Below, piece after piece: positions 9,846 through 18,966 of a stretch of 64,000 nucleotides of DNA. This DNA is from an uncultured cyanobacterium. GTDB lineage: Bacteria; Cyanobacteriota; Cyanobacteriia; Phormidesmidales; Phormidesmidaceae. The first letter of the stretch is position 1. Each line of letters starts with the position of its first letter. The stretch covers positions 736,001 through 800,000 of the forward strand of contig CAWBZI010000006.1 in NCBI GenBank assembly GCA_963793265.1, given 5' to 3'. Position numbers and translations under genes: made by a program. The notes beneath the pieces are model-generated. The model worked only from the letters and a program-made list of their open reading frames with translations. It ran no database searches and was not told the origin of the DNA.

Positions 9846-10487
9846 ATGACCTTTGAAACTGTTTTAAGAAAGATAAGCGTGGCAAGTTTTGTTTGTGGTG
9901 GCTTGCTATTAGGAAGTGTTTCTTTTGTGCAAAGTGTTGGTGCGCAAGTAGACGATCAGCCTGACTCGATTGAAGAGATAGAGACTGCACCGGATAATGA
10001 TTTAGGTATTAGCGATAGCGATCGCACTATCCGACTCAGAGAGCTACAGTCCACTATCCTTGACAGAAATACTAGCCCAGGTGCGCTATCTCAGCCTGAA
10101 GATTCATCAACGCCAGAGCAGATGACACCAACAAATTCCTCTAGTGAGGCTTTACCGGATGATCTAGGTGAGGCGATCGCAGTGGCGCTGCCAGTAGACG
10201 ATCAGCTATCTGTTGAGTTGATGAATGATACAGGCGCGCTGATGACCTATGAAGTGATAGGAGATACCACTCGTAGAGAACTAATGGCAGGAGAATCTGC
10301 CATGCTGCAAGGTATTTCTCTGCCAACGACTATCACGTTGGTTCGTCAGGATGAAGGGCTCATAGAAGTGATGACTGATGTATCAGAAGCAGGCGTGCTG
10401 AAGGTGATGGTGACACCGGATGCGACGCTGGACGATACGCAGGGCGTTATGAGAATTCAGGAAGACGGTCAAGTGTTCGTTTACTAA
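9846..10487 (+). CDS. Exported acidic hypothetical protein
   Basis: Signal-peptide-like N-terminus, low-complexity linker, beta-rich C-terminal domain; ATG 9846 or 9792. Confidence 0.7.
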   Translation: MTFETVLRKISVASFVCGGLLLGSVSFVQSVGAQVDDQPDSIEEIETAPDNDLGISDSDRTIRLRELQSTILDRNTSPGALSQPEDSSTPEQMTPTNSSSEALPDDLGEAIAVALPVDDQLSVELMNDTGALMTYEVIGDTTRRELMAGESAMLQGISLPTTITLVRQDEGLIEVMTDVSEAGVLKVMVTPDATLDDTQGVMRIQEDGQVFVY

Positions 10488-10538
10488 GGATCGAACAGAA
10501 GACTCACGTAAGGGCGCGTAGCTATGCGCCCTTTCTGC

Positions 10539-11435
10539 TTATCCCTCAAGCGTAAACATCGTCAGCTCGGGCCGACAGAATATTCGTATCGGCGCAATAC
10601 TCATCCCGATACCCACGTTGACATACAGGTTGTTACCTGGCTCGCCATAGCCTTGCGCCCAGCCGTCAGCATACACCTTATCTTCTTGCGTAAATCTGAG
10701 CCACGACCACTGCGGAGAATTAGGTAGGCGCGCCTGTCCGCCGTGAGTGTGGCCTGCTACGGCTAAAGGCGCAGTGCTAGCCGGAAACAGCTCGTAGCTA
10801 TCAGGATTGTGCATCATAGCAACTCTCGGCGCGCCCTCAGGAATGCCTTGTAGGGCCGCACTGGCGTCGTCGTTGTCAGCCCAAAGCGATCCTACTGCGG
10901 CTAAATACAAAGGCTCGTTGCTATCAGGAATCTCCATTTGCGTCGATTCATTGGCGAGCACAGTTACCCCGGCAGTCTCTAGCGCAGTCTCTAGCGCTGA
11001 GGCAAGTTCTTGATCGGGAGCGGCTGTCTTGCTGCTCATGCCATAGTCGTGATTGCCCAGCACCGCGTAAGTCGGAATGCCAGCGTCTATCAGCGGTTCA
11101 ACAATGCTGACTGCTCGGTCTATTTCATCTTGCGGATCGGGCTTGGCATGATAAATAAAGTCTCCGCTGATGAGCACAGCCGCCGGGGCCTGGTCTATGG
11201 CTTCTTCAACAGCTCTGCGGGCGGTGCCGCTATTGTCTAGCCATAGGCCCACCTGGAAGTCTGAAAGCTGCGCGATCTTTTTGCCTTCCCACTCAGGCGG
11301 CAGATTGGGTATTTCAGCCGTCTCTTCTCGAACGTCAAGCAGACGCGGCTCTATAAAGCCCCAAACAGCGAGCAAAGCAACAATACCCGCAATGCCTGTC
11401 AGCGTGTAAGTTATTCCTTTTGTAATGCCTTTCAT
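10539..11435 (-). CDS. Calcineurin-like metallophosphoesterase (YkuE-like)
   Basis: SDFQ, GDF, GNHD, HNP and GHTHGG motifs; N-terminal membrane anchor. Confidence 0.9.
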   Translation of the reverse strand: MKGITKGITYTLTGIAGIVALLAVWGFIEPRLLDVREETAEIPNLPPEWEGKKIAQLSDFQVGLWLDNSGTARRAVEEAIDQAPAAVLISGDFIYHAKPDPQDEIDRAVSIVEPLIDAGIPTYAVLGNHDYGMSSKTAAPDQELASALETALETAGVTVLANESTQMEIPDSNEPLYLAAVGSLWADNDDASAALQGIPEGAPRVAMMHNPDSYELFPASTAPLAVAGHTHGGQARLPNSPQWSWLRFTQEDKVYADGWAQGYGEPGNNLYVNVGIGMSIAPIRIFCRPELTMFTLEG

Positions 11436-11501
11436 GTCTATCAGTAGATAATTCTACGGCGTGTAAAGCTATACCGTAGAACGATTTGTTATTTAATTGC
11501 T

Positions 11502-14267
11502 CTACCTATTAGTAGAAGAATGTTCATCAATGGTAGAAGCGCGTTCATTCAACAAATCAACAATTGTTGTAATTAAAAAGTCTGGATCGACAGGTTTAGC
11601 GATGTGTCGCTGATATCCGGCTGCGAGCGATCGCGCTCTGTCCCCTTCACCTGCATAGGCTGTCAGCGCGATCGCCAGCACGTTACCACCTTGCTCAGGC
11701 GATCGCCGCCGAATCTCTTCTATCAGCACATAGCCATCCATTCCCGGCATCCCCACATCGCTAATCACCAGATCAGGAACACTCGCCGCTATCAGCTCAA
11801 GCGCCTCAGCGCCCGAAGCAGCCACGACAATGTTTGCATTGGTTTCTTCTAACGTAAAAGCAGTCACCAAACGAGAGTCTGGATCGTCTTCTACTAACAA
11901 TATATCTACGTTACTAAGATTATTTGTAAAGCTAACAAGACCATTTTCTGGCACAGATGATTTCATATCCTCAGCCAGCGGAAAGCTAACTGTAAATGTC
12001 GTGCCAAACCCTTCCCCAGCGCTATCGACACTCACGCTACCGTTGTGCAGTTCTACCACCTGCCTCACAATGGCTAAGCCCAAGCCTAGCCCGCCAAACT
12101 GCCGCGTTGTTGAATAGTCTTCCTGGCGAAAATGCTCAAACACGTAGGGTAAAAACTCAGCGCTGATGCCTTTACCCGTGTCAGCAATGGTGATTTGAGC
12201 GCGATCGCCCACAGGTGCGAGCGAAACGCTAACTGAACCGTTCTCGGGCGTGAACTTCACCGCATTAGAAAGGATATTCCAAATCACCTGCTGCAATCTT
12301 CCAGCATCACCAGTGACACTGCAAGCAGCCATATCAGTGTTAATTTCAACAGACTTTAACTCAGCTGACTGACGGACTGTCTCTATTGCAGCCGGAATCA
12401 CCGCACTTAAATCTACTCTATTTTCTTCAAGTGTCAGCTTGCCGCGCAAAATACGAGAGATATCTAACAAATCTCCAATAAGCTGTACCTGAAGCTGAGC
12501 ATTGCGCTCGATAGACTCTAGTGCCTGCTCTGTTTTTTCAGCGCTGAGCTTACCGCGTCGCAGAAGCTGAGTCCAGCCGACAATCGGGTTCATAGGCGAT
12601 CGCAGCTCATGAGAAACCACGGCCAAAAACTCATCTTTAATCCGATTCGCTCGCTCTGCCGATTCTCTTGCCGTTTGTTCTCTAAGCAAAAGCTGTTCGC
12701 GCTCAGCAGCTACGTTTTTACTCTCTGTAATATCGCGGGCCACCGCATAAAACTGATTTTGAGCTGACATGTTCGTGACGTTCCAGGCTAGCCAGCGGTA
12801 AGTACCGCCTTTGCAGCGATAGCGATTCTCGAAGTTAACGACATCGTTACCGGATGAAAGCCTATCGGCCTCAGCAATCGTTATAGCGCGATCGTCAGGA
12901 TGAATAAATTCCAGGTAGGACTGCGCTGTCATCTCTGCAGGAGTGTAGCCCAAAATCTTTTCCCAGGTCGGGTTTACATAGGTAAAGTGACCGTTGGGAT
13001 TGCCAATTGCAAACATATCAGGCGAGAGGCTAAAGAAGCGATCGCGCGCCTCCATTACCTGCTTAGTCTCAGTAAGATCGAGCACAATAGCAATAATCTC
13101 TTGCCTTTGATCGTATGGCTGCTGTAGCATCGCCGCTGTGATTAATACCGAAACAGATCGACCGTCTTTGTACTGAAATACTTTCTCGTAGGGCTTGCAT
13201 ACGCCGTGCTCGTACAAAGCCGTCAAAGCTCGCTGATCGAGCGTGGCAAACTTTGGCAGCGTGAGCTGATCCCATCGAATCTGCCCGGACTCAAGTTCAG
13301 CGGGCGTGTAGCCCAATAGATTTAGAAAATAGTCGTTACCATAGTGAATGCCACCAAAGCTATCGCCAAAAATAACGCCAAACATATTCGACTCAACCAC
13401 CCGTCGAAACCGTCTTTCGCTTTCCTTAACGCGCGTTTCAGCTTGCTTACGAGCGGTAATATCGGTAGAGATACCCACCATTTTCTCAGGCTCACCTGCA
13501 AAATCGCACACCACCTGAGCGCGCACCACTACCCAGTGCGTACTGCCATCGTCCCAAACGGTTCGATATTCTGCGTCATAGTTAGTGCGGCCAGCGATTG
13601 CGGTTTCTACAGCCGCCATCACCCAGTCAAGATCGTCAGGGTGAATGCGCGCTTTTAGCGTGTCATACGAAAAGTCAGCATCCTCATCCAACCCATAGTT
13701 AATCTTGCACTGACCAGAGGCCAGCAGTTGCCGGGTCGCTATATCTAACTGCCAGGTGCCGATTTTGCCCATTTTAAGCGCTAGCGTGAGCTGCTTTTGC
13801 TCAGCTTCGGGCTCTACAAAGCAGGTGCACATAACGCCGCCAATATCGCCCTCGTCAGCGTGTACGGGGCGGTAGGCGGTACTCACGGCTACCGGGTCAC
13901 CGCAGCATCCAGACAGATCTATCAGCTCAGATTGGACAGCAGCACTTTCGGCCAGCGCACGTTCTGCGTCTGAGGAAATTTGTGACCACAGCGACGGCAA
14001 GGCCGTTTGCACCGGCTCACCTAGAGAAGTTGTTGTAGGTTCGATGCAAAAGAGCCTACGAAAGCCATCGTTATAAAGAACAACGCGCTGCTGGCCCCAC
14101 AGCACAAAGGTGGGCAAAGGCGACGATAGCATAATGCTCACCGTCGTTTTTAGGCTGATAGGCCAATCTGTCGCCGCACCTAGCAGCGTTTGGTACCAGG
14201 GATGAGCCTGCATCACCGCGCTCATTTCGCTGCTGCCAACAAAGACAGTCTTATACAGAGTTTTCAC
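11502..14267 (-). CDS. Multi-PAS hybrid sensor histidine kinase (HisKA-HATPase-REC)
   Basis: PAS/PAC repeats, H-box SHELRSP, N-box NILSNAVKFT, DTGKG, GGLGLGL, receiver with SDVGMPGMDG. Confidence 0.92.
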   Translation of the reverse strand: MKTLYKTVFVGSSEMSAVMQAHPWYQTLLGAATDWPISLKTTVSIMLSSPLPTFVLWGQQRVVLYNDGFRRLFCIEPTTTSLGEPVQTALPSLWSQISSDAERALAESAAVQSELIDLSGCCGDPVAVSTAYRPVHADEGDIGGVMCTCFVEPEAEQKQLTLALKMGKIGTWQLDIATRQLLASGQCKINYGLDEDADFSYDTLKARIHPDDLDWVMAAVETAIAGRTNYDAEYRTVWDDGSTHWVVVRAQVVCDFAGEPEKMVGISTDITARKQAETRVKESERRFRRVVESNMFGVIFGDSFGGIHYGNDYFLNLLGYTPAELESGQIRWDQLTLPKFATLDQRALTALYEHGVCKPYEKVFQYKDGRSVSVLITAAMLQQPYDQRQEIIAIVLDLTETKQVMEARDRFFSLSPDMFAIGNPNGHFTYVNPTWEKILGYTPAEMTAQSYLEFIHPDDRAITIAEADRLSSGNDVVNFENRYRCKGGTYRWLAWNVTNMSAQNQFYAVARDITESKNVAAEREQLLLREQTARESAERANRIKDEFLAVVSHELRSPMNPIVGWTQLLRRGKLSAEKTEQALESIERNAQLQVQLIGDLLDISRILRGKLTLEENRVDLSAVIPAAIETVRQSAELKSVEINTDMAACSVTGDAGRLQQVIWNILSNAVKFTPENGSVSVSLAPVGDRAQITIADTGKGISAEFLPYVFEHFRQEDYSTTRQFGGLGLGLAIVRQVVELHNGSVSVDSAGEGFGTTFTVSFPLAEDMKSSVPENGLVSFTNNLSNVDILLVEDDPDSRLVTAFTLEETNANIVVAASGAEALELIAASVPDLVISDVGMPGMDGYVLIEEIRRRSPEQGGNVLAIALTAYAGEGDRARSLAAGYQRHIAKPVDPDFLITTIVDLLNERASTIDEHSSTNR

Positions 14268-14368
14268 AGGTTTACTTGTAACGGTAGGCTGTAGTTCTTA
14301 TTTTTTGATTTCTATATTGTTAGCTTTCGCTTTTATGGTTTTTATTTTATAGATGAAGCATTTAGTTA

Positions 14369-14384
14369 TGTAAAAAAATATACA
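14369..14384. promoter_or_regulatory. Candidate NtcA-binding site
   Basis: TGTA-AAAAAATA-TACA matches TGTA-N8-TACA; about 100 bp upstream of the 14267 start; AT-rich context raises the chance of a spurious match. Confidence 0.4.
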
Positions 14385-14454
14385 CCAATATGAGCGATCA
14401 CTTACCCCTCTGCCTAATCCTACTAAACTAAGCAGTTTCAAAGCGTCAAGCAAA

Positions 14455-17391
14455 CTACATTTCTTTATCTTTAAGCAGTTCGCAGATAATCTCTATTAAA
14501 CGGTCAGGATCGACGGGTTTGGCCACATGCCGCTGAAACCCGGCAGATATCACTCGCTGATAGTCTAGCTCAGCAGCGTAGGCAGTCAGGGCAATTGCTG
14601 ATACCTCACCGCCAGCATCCGGCGGCAACGCTCTAATCCGCGTCATCAGCGCACAACCGTCCATGTCGGGCATTCCTACGTCGCTCACGATCATATCTGG
14701 CGGTGAGTGAGCGATCGCGGCGAGTGCTTCAGCCCCAGATGTCACGGCTGTTACCCTCGCATTGGCCGCTTCTAGTGCAAATTTCGTAATCTCTAAAGAG
14801 TCAGGGTCATCATCAACAACCAATATGTCTAAATCGCTTAAATCGTTGTTCACGCTTTCTTTTGCGTCGTTTGGCTGAGTATGGTGTTGAGCAGCCAGCG
14901 GAATTTGCACTGTAAACGTAGCACCTTTGTTCTCACCTTCACTTTCAGCCGTTATTTGGCCGCCATGCAACTCTACTAGCTGCCGCGTGATCGCCAGCCC
15001 CAAGCCCAATCCCCCAAACTGCCGCGTCGCTGAATAGTCTTCCTGACGAAAATGTTCAAACACATAGGGCAAAAACTCAGCGCTAACACCCTGCCCCGTA
15101 TCACTCACCACCATCTGAGCAGCGTTGTCTTGAGCCTGCAAACCCACGCTCACCTGGCCGCCCTCGGGCGTGAATTTCACAGCATTGGAGAGTAAATTCC
15201 AAACGATCTGCTGCAATCTGCCCGCATCGCCAGCCACCCAGCAGGGCGACAGTACTGGCTCAATGGTGATCCCTTTTGCCTCAGCCGCAAGCTGCACGCT
15301 TTCTAAAGCTGATGTCACAACTTCGCTCAGGTCAATCGGACTTTGATCTAGGCTCATTTTGCCGCGCAAGATCCGAGAGATATCTAGCAAATCGTCAATG
15401 AGCTGCACCTGAAGCTTCGCATTGCGCTCAATCGTTTCTATGGCTAAGGCAACTTTCTCTTCTTTAAGCCGACCCCGCTTAAGGAGCTGCGACCAGCCTA
15501 GTATCGGATTCATCGGCGTTCTTAGCTCGTGAGAAACCACCGCCAAAAACTCATCTTTCATCCGATTCGCCCGCTCAGCCGCCTCACGAGCCGACAGCTC
15601 TCGCGCCAAAAGCTGTTCTCGTTCTATCTCTATCTGCTTACGCTCTGTAATATCAGTAATCAGTGCTACAAAGCCTTCTACCTCGCCCGAGTCTGCGAAT
15701 CTTGGTACATACGTGGCGTTGAAGTAGTGGTGATCGCCCTCCTCCCTAAAAATCTGGCTCTCATAGGTTACCTGCTCGCCTGCTAGCACCCTTTCAACAT
15801 AAGGCAAAATTGTCGCATAGGCACTTTCTCCTAGCACCTCTCGCAAGTGCTTTCCATACAGCTCTACGGCTGAGCAATCGAACCACTCTTCGTAGCCCCT
15901 ATTGTTAAAGCGATAGCGCTGATCGGCATCAACAAAAGAGATAAGTACGGGCACCGCGTTGGTAATTAGGCTAAGCTCTGTTTCTCTTTGTTTGAGAGAT
16001 TGTTCTGCGCGTTTGTGATCGCTAATATCCAACACAAACGCTACTGACTCTTCTCTGGCCTCACCTAGCAGGCTATAGCCCACTAGCACCGCCACCCGGC
16101 TACCGTCTTTGCGAATGTACTCCTTTTCGTACGGCGTACAAGCGCCCGTCGCCCGCGCCTCAGCAATGCCCATCTCATCAAGCGGCAGATATTCAGGCGG
16201 GGTTATCTCTGTCCAGCGCAGTCGGCCTGCCACCAAATCTTCTCGGCTATAGCCCACAATTCGCAAAAACTCATCGTTCGCTTCGTTAATCGCGTCGTAC
16301 ACATCACCGAATAAGATGCCAACGACATTCGCTTCTACAAAGCTTCTTAGCCGACCCTTGCTAATTTTGAGTGCTTGCTCTGTTTGCTGGCGATGGGTGT
16401 TGGCAGCGGCGGTGGTGAGATAGGCAGCGATCGCATCAAAAAAAGCGCTGTAGTCAGCATTCAACGGAATCGCTGGATTGACGCCCAATAGCAGCAGCGC
16501 CGCCACCGACTTACGCCCCGCCGTCCATATTGGCAACACCTTAGCCCGAGTCACTGGCAAATCAAAAACGCCTGTCGGCCCTAGTCCATCGAACCGCTCT
16601 GTCACCTCGCCAATGCCTAAGCTGCTACGGGTATGCAGCACATGCTCAAAAGACCAGGGATCAGCGATCGCAAAATCTATCAGTCTCGGGAATGCTGTAG
16701 CTTCTGCCTCAGCAGATAGCCTGCTGTTTATCTTTTTGCCACAGAGTACAGCCTTACTTTTAGCAGGATTTAAGCGATACAGCGCGGCAAATGGAATATC
16801 TAGCGCATCACCGGCAAACGTCTCAATCATTGAGCGGTAAATATCATCTAGCGCTTTGCCCTCGTTGGGCTGAGCCGACAGCGCTGTTAGCAGCGAGAGT
16901 CTTCTTTCACTCAAAATCTGCTTTGTCGTTTCAGCGACCACCGCAAAAACGCCGCCTGCTCTACCGTTAGATAGTAATATCGGACTATGAGAATACGTCC
17001 AGTAAGATTCTTCTAAAAAGCCAGCGCTCATCACCGGAATCTGCATATTCTCCGACCGATTCGCCTGCTGGGTTTCAAACGCGCTGCTGATTTGTGGCCC
17101 GATCGCTGGCCAACTAGCAGATAGTGCAACCTCGCCTGGCACACCTAGCGTCTGCGGATGAAGATTCAATACGGACTGCAATGCATCGTTATACAGCAAC
17201 CGAAAGTTCGGCCCCCATAAAATTGCCATGGGAAACTGAGCATTCAAACAAATATTGACGGCTGTCTTAAGGCTATAGGGCCAGTCGGCTACCGGCCCAA
17301 AAGACGTATTGGCCCAGTCGTACGACGCCATGAGTGCGCTAATTTTGCCACCGCCAACAAATATATTCTCAACCGCTGCGTTGGCATTCAT
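14455..17391 (-). CDS. PAS/GAF hybrid sensor histidine kinase (HisKA-HATPase-REC)
   Basis: SHELRTP, NLLSNAVKFT, GGLGLGL, receiver; paralog of the neighbouring kinase; ATG 17391 preferred over GTG 17442. Confidence 0.92.
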   Translation of the reverse strand: MNANAAVENIFVGGGKISALMASYDWANTSFGPVADWPYSLKTAVNICLNAQFPMAILWGPNFRLLYNDALQSVLNLHPQTLGVPGEVALSASWPAIGPQISSAFETQQANRSENMQIPVMSAGFLEESYWTYSHSPILLSNGRAGGVFAVVAETTKQILSERRLSLLTALSAQPNEGKALDDIYRSMIETFAGDALDIPFAALYRLNPAKSKAVLCGKKINSRLSAEAEATAFPRLIDFAIADPWSFEHVLHTRSSLGIGEVTERFDGLGPTGVFDLPVTRAKVLPIWTAGRKSVAALLLLGVNPAIPLNADYSAFFDAIAAYLTTAAANTHRQQTEQALKISKGRLRSFVEANVVGILFGDVYDAINEANDEFLRIVGYSREDLVAGRLRWTEITPPEYLPLDEMGIAEARATGACTPYEKEYIRKDGSRVAVLVGYSLLGEAREESVAFVLDISDHKRAEQSLKQRETELSLITNAVPVLISFVDADQRYRFNNRGYEEWFDCSAVELYGKHLREVLGESAYATILPYVERVLAGEQVTYESQIFREEGDHHYFNATYVPRFADSGEVEGFVALITDITERKQIEIEREQLLARELSAREAAERANRMKDEFLAVVSHELRTPMNPILGWSQLLKRGRLKEEKVALAIETIERNAKLQVQLIDDLLDISRILRGKMSLDQSPIDLSEVVTSALESVQLAAEAKGITIEPVLSPCWVAGDAGRLQQIVWNLLSNAVKFTPEGGQVSVGLQAQDNAAQMVVSDTGQGVSAEFLPYVFEHFRQEDYSATRQFGGLGLGLAITRQLVELHGGQITAESEGENKGATFTVQIPLAAQHHTQPNDAKESVNNDLSDLDILVVDDDPDSLEITKFALEAANARVTAVTSGAEALAAIAHSPPDMIVSDVGMPDMDGCALMTRIRALPPDAGGEVSAIALTAYAAELDYQRVISAGFQRHVAKPVDPDRLIEIICELLKDKEM

Positions 17392-17545
17392 CCTTGATGT
17401 AGCTATCGCTATAGTCCTAAAACCATATAAGCCAAAGGGCACATAGCTCCTCTATCTTTTGAAGGATCTGTACTATGGACTTTTCCATCAGAACAAATAT
17501 ACTGAATCTATACGGGCTTCTTAAGTCTCCACACATCCTCCACGT

Positions 17546-18847
17546 ATGGTTAAGATTCTTCACCTGTCAGATATTCATATGGGTAGTGGCTTCAGTCACG
17601 GACGCATCAACCCTAAGACGGGTCTAAATACGCGGCTAGAGGATTTTACGCTGGCACTCAGAAGGTGTGTAGATAGTGCGATCGCTCAGCAAGTAGATCT
17701 CGTTCTCTTTGGCGGCGATGCCTTTCCTGACGCCACCCCACCGCCCTATATTCAACAAGCCTTTGCAACAGAATTCTGCCGCCTGGTTGCCGCAGGGATT
17801 CCGACTGTGCTACTCGTCGGCAACCACGATCAGCACGCCCAGGGTATCGGTGGTGCGAGCCTCTGTATCTACCGCACCCTCGGCGTCCCCGGCTTCATTG
17901 TTGGCGACACCCTCACCACCCATCGCATCGAAACCAAAGCAGGCCCCGTCCAAATTATCACGCTTCCCTGGCTTACCCGTTCCACGCTGCTCACCCGCCC
18001 CGAAACACAAGGACTCTCTATGGGAGAAGTCTCAGAGCTGTTATTAGATCGGCTGCGTGTTGTACTTGAAGCAGAAATTCGCAAGCTTGACAAAGAGATT
18101 CCGACTGTACTGCTTGCGCATTTAATGACAGATACAGCGCGCTATGGCGCAGAGCGATTTTTGGCGGTGGGCAAAGGCTTTACGGTACCAATGGCAATCT
18201 TAGCAAGAGATTGTTTTGACTATATAGCACTGGGTCATGTGCACAAATATCAAGAGGTTTGCAAGTCTCCTTTAGCGATTTATCCAGGCAGCATTGAGCG
18301 CGTAGATTTTAATGAGGAAAAAGAAGATAAAGGCTATATTTTGCTAGAGCTAGAGAAGGGGAAAGCGACGGCTGAGTTCTGTGCTTTACCGGCTAGAGTG
18401 TTTGAGACGTTGGCGGTTGATTTGACCCAAGAAGAGAAGCCGCAGGTGGCTTTGGTGGAGGCGATCGCGCAAGCCACTATCTGCGAGAAAGTCATCCGCC
18501 TAATCTACAAAATCAGAGCCGATCAGGTAGAAGATATTGACAACAACGCTTTAGCAGCAGCCTTAGCAGAAGCCCATAGCTATACCATTCAGCCGCAGCT
18601 CATCAGCCAGCTTTCCAGACCTCGCCTGCCCGAACTTGGCGTAGATAGCTCGCTTTCGCCCATGAGCGCGCTAGAGGCTTATCTAGAAAATAGAGAAGAT
18701 TTGAATACGTTAGCGCCAGATATTCTCGTAGCGGCCCAGGGACTTCTAGCGCAAGATCCTCACGGAGACAAAGCCATCGTTGCCTTAGAAGAAGTTGGCG
18801 AGGCAAGTATAGAGGTAGAAGATACGCGGCAGCTAAGGTTGCTATAG
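17546..18847 (+). CDS. sbcD: Exonuclease SbcCD subunit D
   Basis: HLSDIH, GGDAF, GNHD, LGHVH, YPGSIERVDFNE. Confidence 0.92.
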   Translation: MVKILHLSDIHMGSGFSHGRINPKTGLNTRLEDFTLALRRCVDSAIAQQVDLVLFGGDAFPDATPPPYIQQAFATEFCRLVAAGIPTVLLVGNHDQHAQGIGGASLCIYRTLGVPGFIVGDTLTTHRIETKAGPVQIITLPWLTRSTLLTRPETQGLSMGEVSELLLDRLRVVLEAEIRKLDKEIPTVLLAHLMTDTARYGAERFLAVGKGFTVPMAILARDCFDYIALGHVHKYQEVCKSPLAIYPGSIERVDFNEEKEDKGYILLELEKGKATAEFCALPARVFETLAVDLTQEEKPQVALVEAIAQATICEKVIRLIYKIRADQVEDIDNNALAAALAEAHSYTIQPQLISQLSRPRLPELGVDSSLSPMSALEAYLENREDLNTLAPDILVAAQGLLAQDPHGDKAIVALEEVGEASIEVEDTRQLRLL

Positions 18848-18873
18848 GGTCAAAATACTACTGTCAAAATACT

Positions 18874-18921
18874 ACATAGGAAGCCCGAAGATAAACAATG
18901 TCATCTTCGGGCTTCCTATGT
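18874..18921. terminator. Long perfect inverted repeat between convergent sbcD and catalase, probable terminator
   Basis: ACATAGGAAGCCCGAAGAT (18874-18892) / ATCTTCGGGCTTCCTATGT (18903-18921), 19-bp stem. Confidence 0.75.
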
Positions 18922-18926
18922 TTACT

Positions 18927-18955
18927 GTAGGGGCATAGCATTGCTATATCCCTAC
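18927..18955. repeat. REP-like dispersed palindrome, copy 1
   Basis: GTAGGGGCATAGCATTGCTATATCCCTAC; related copy at 55116-55143. Confidence 0.6.
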
Positions 18956-18966
18956 GACTAAGAGCG

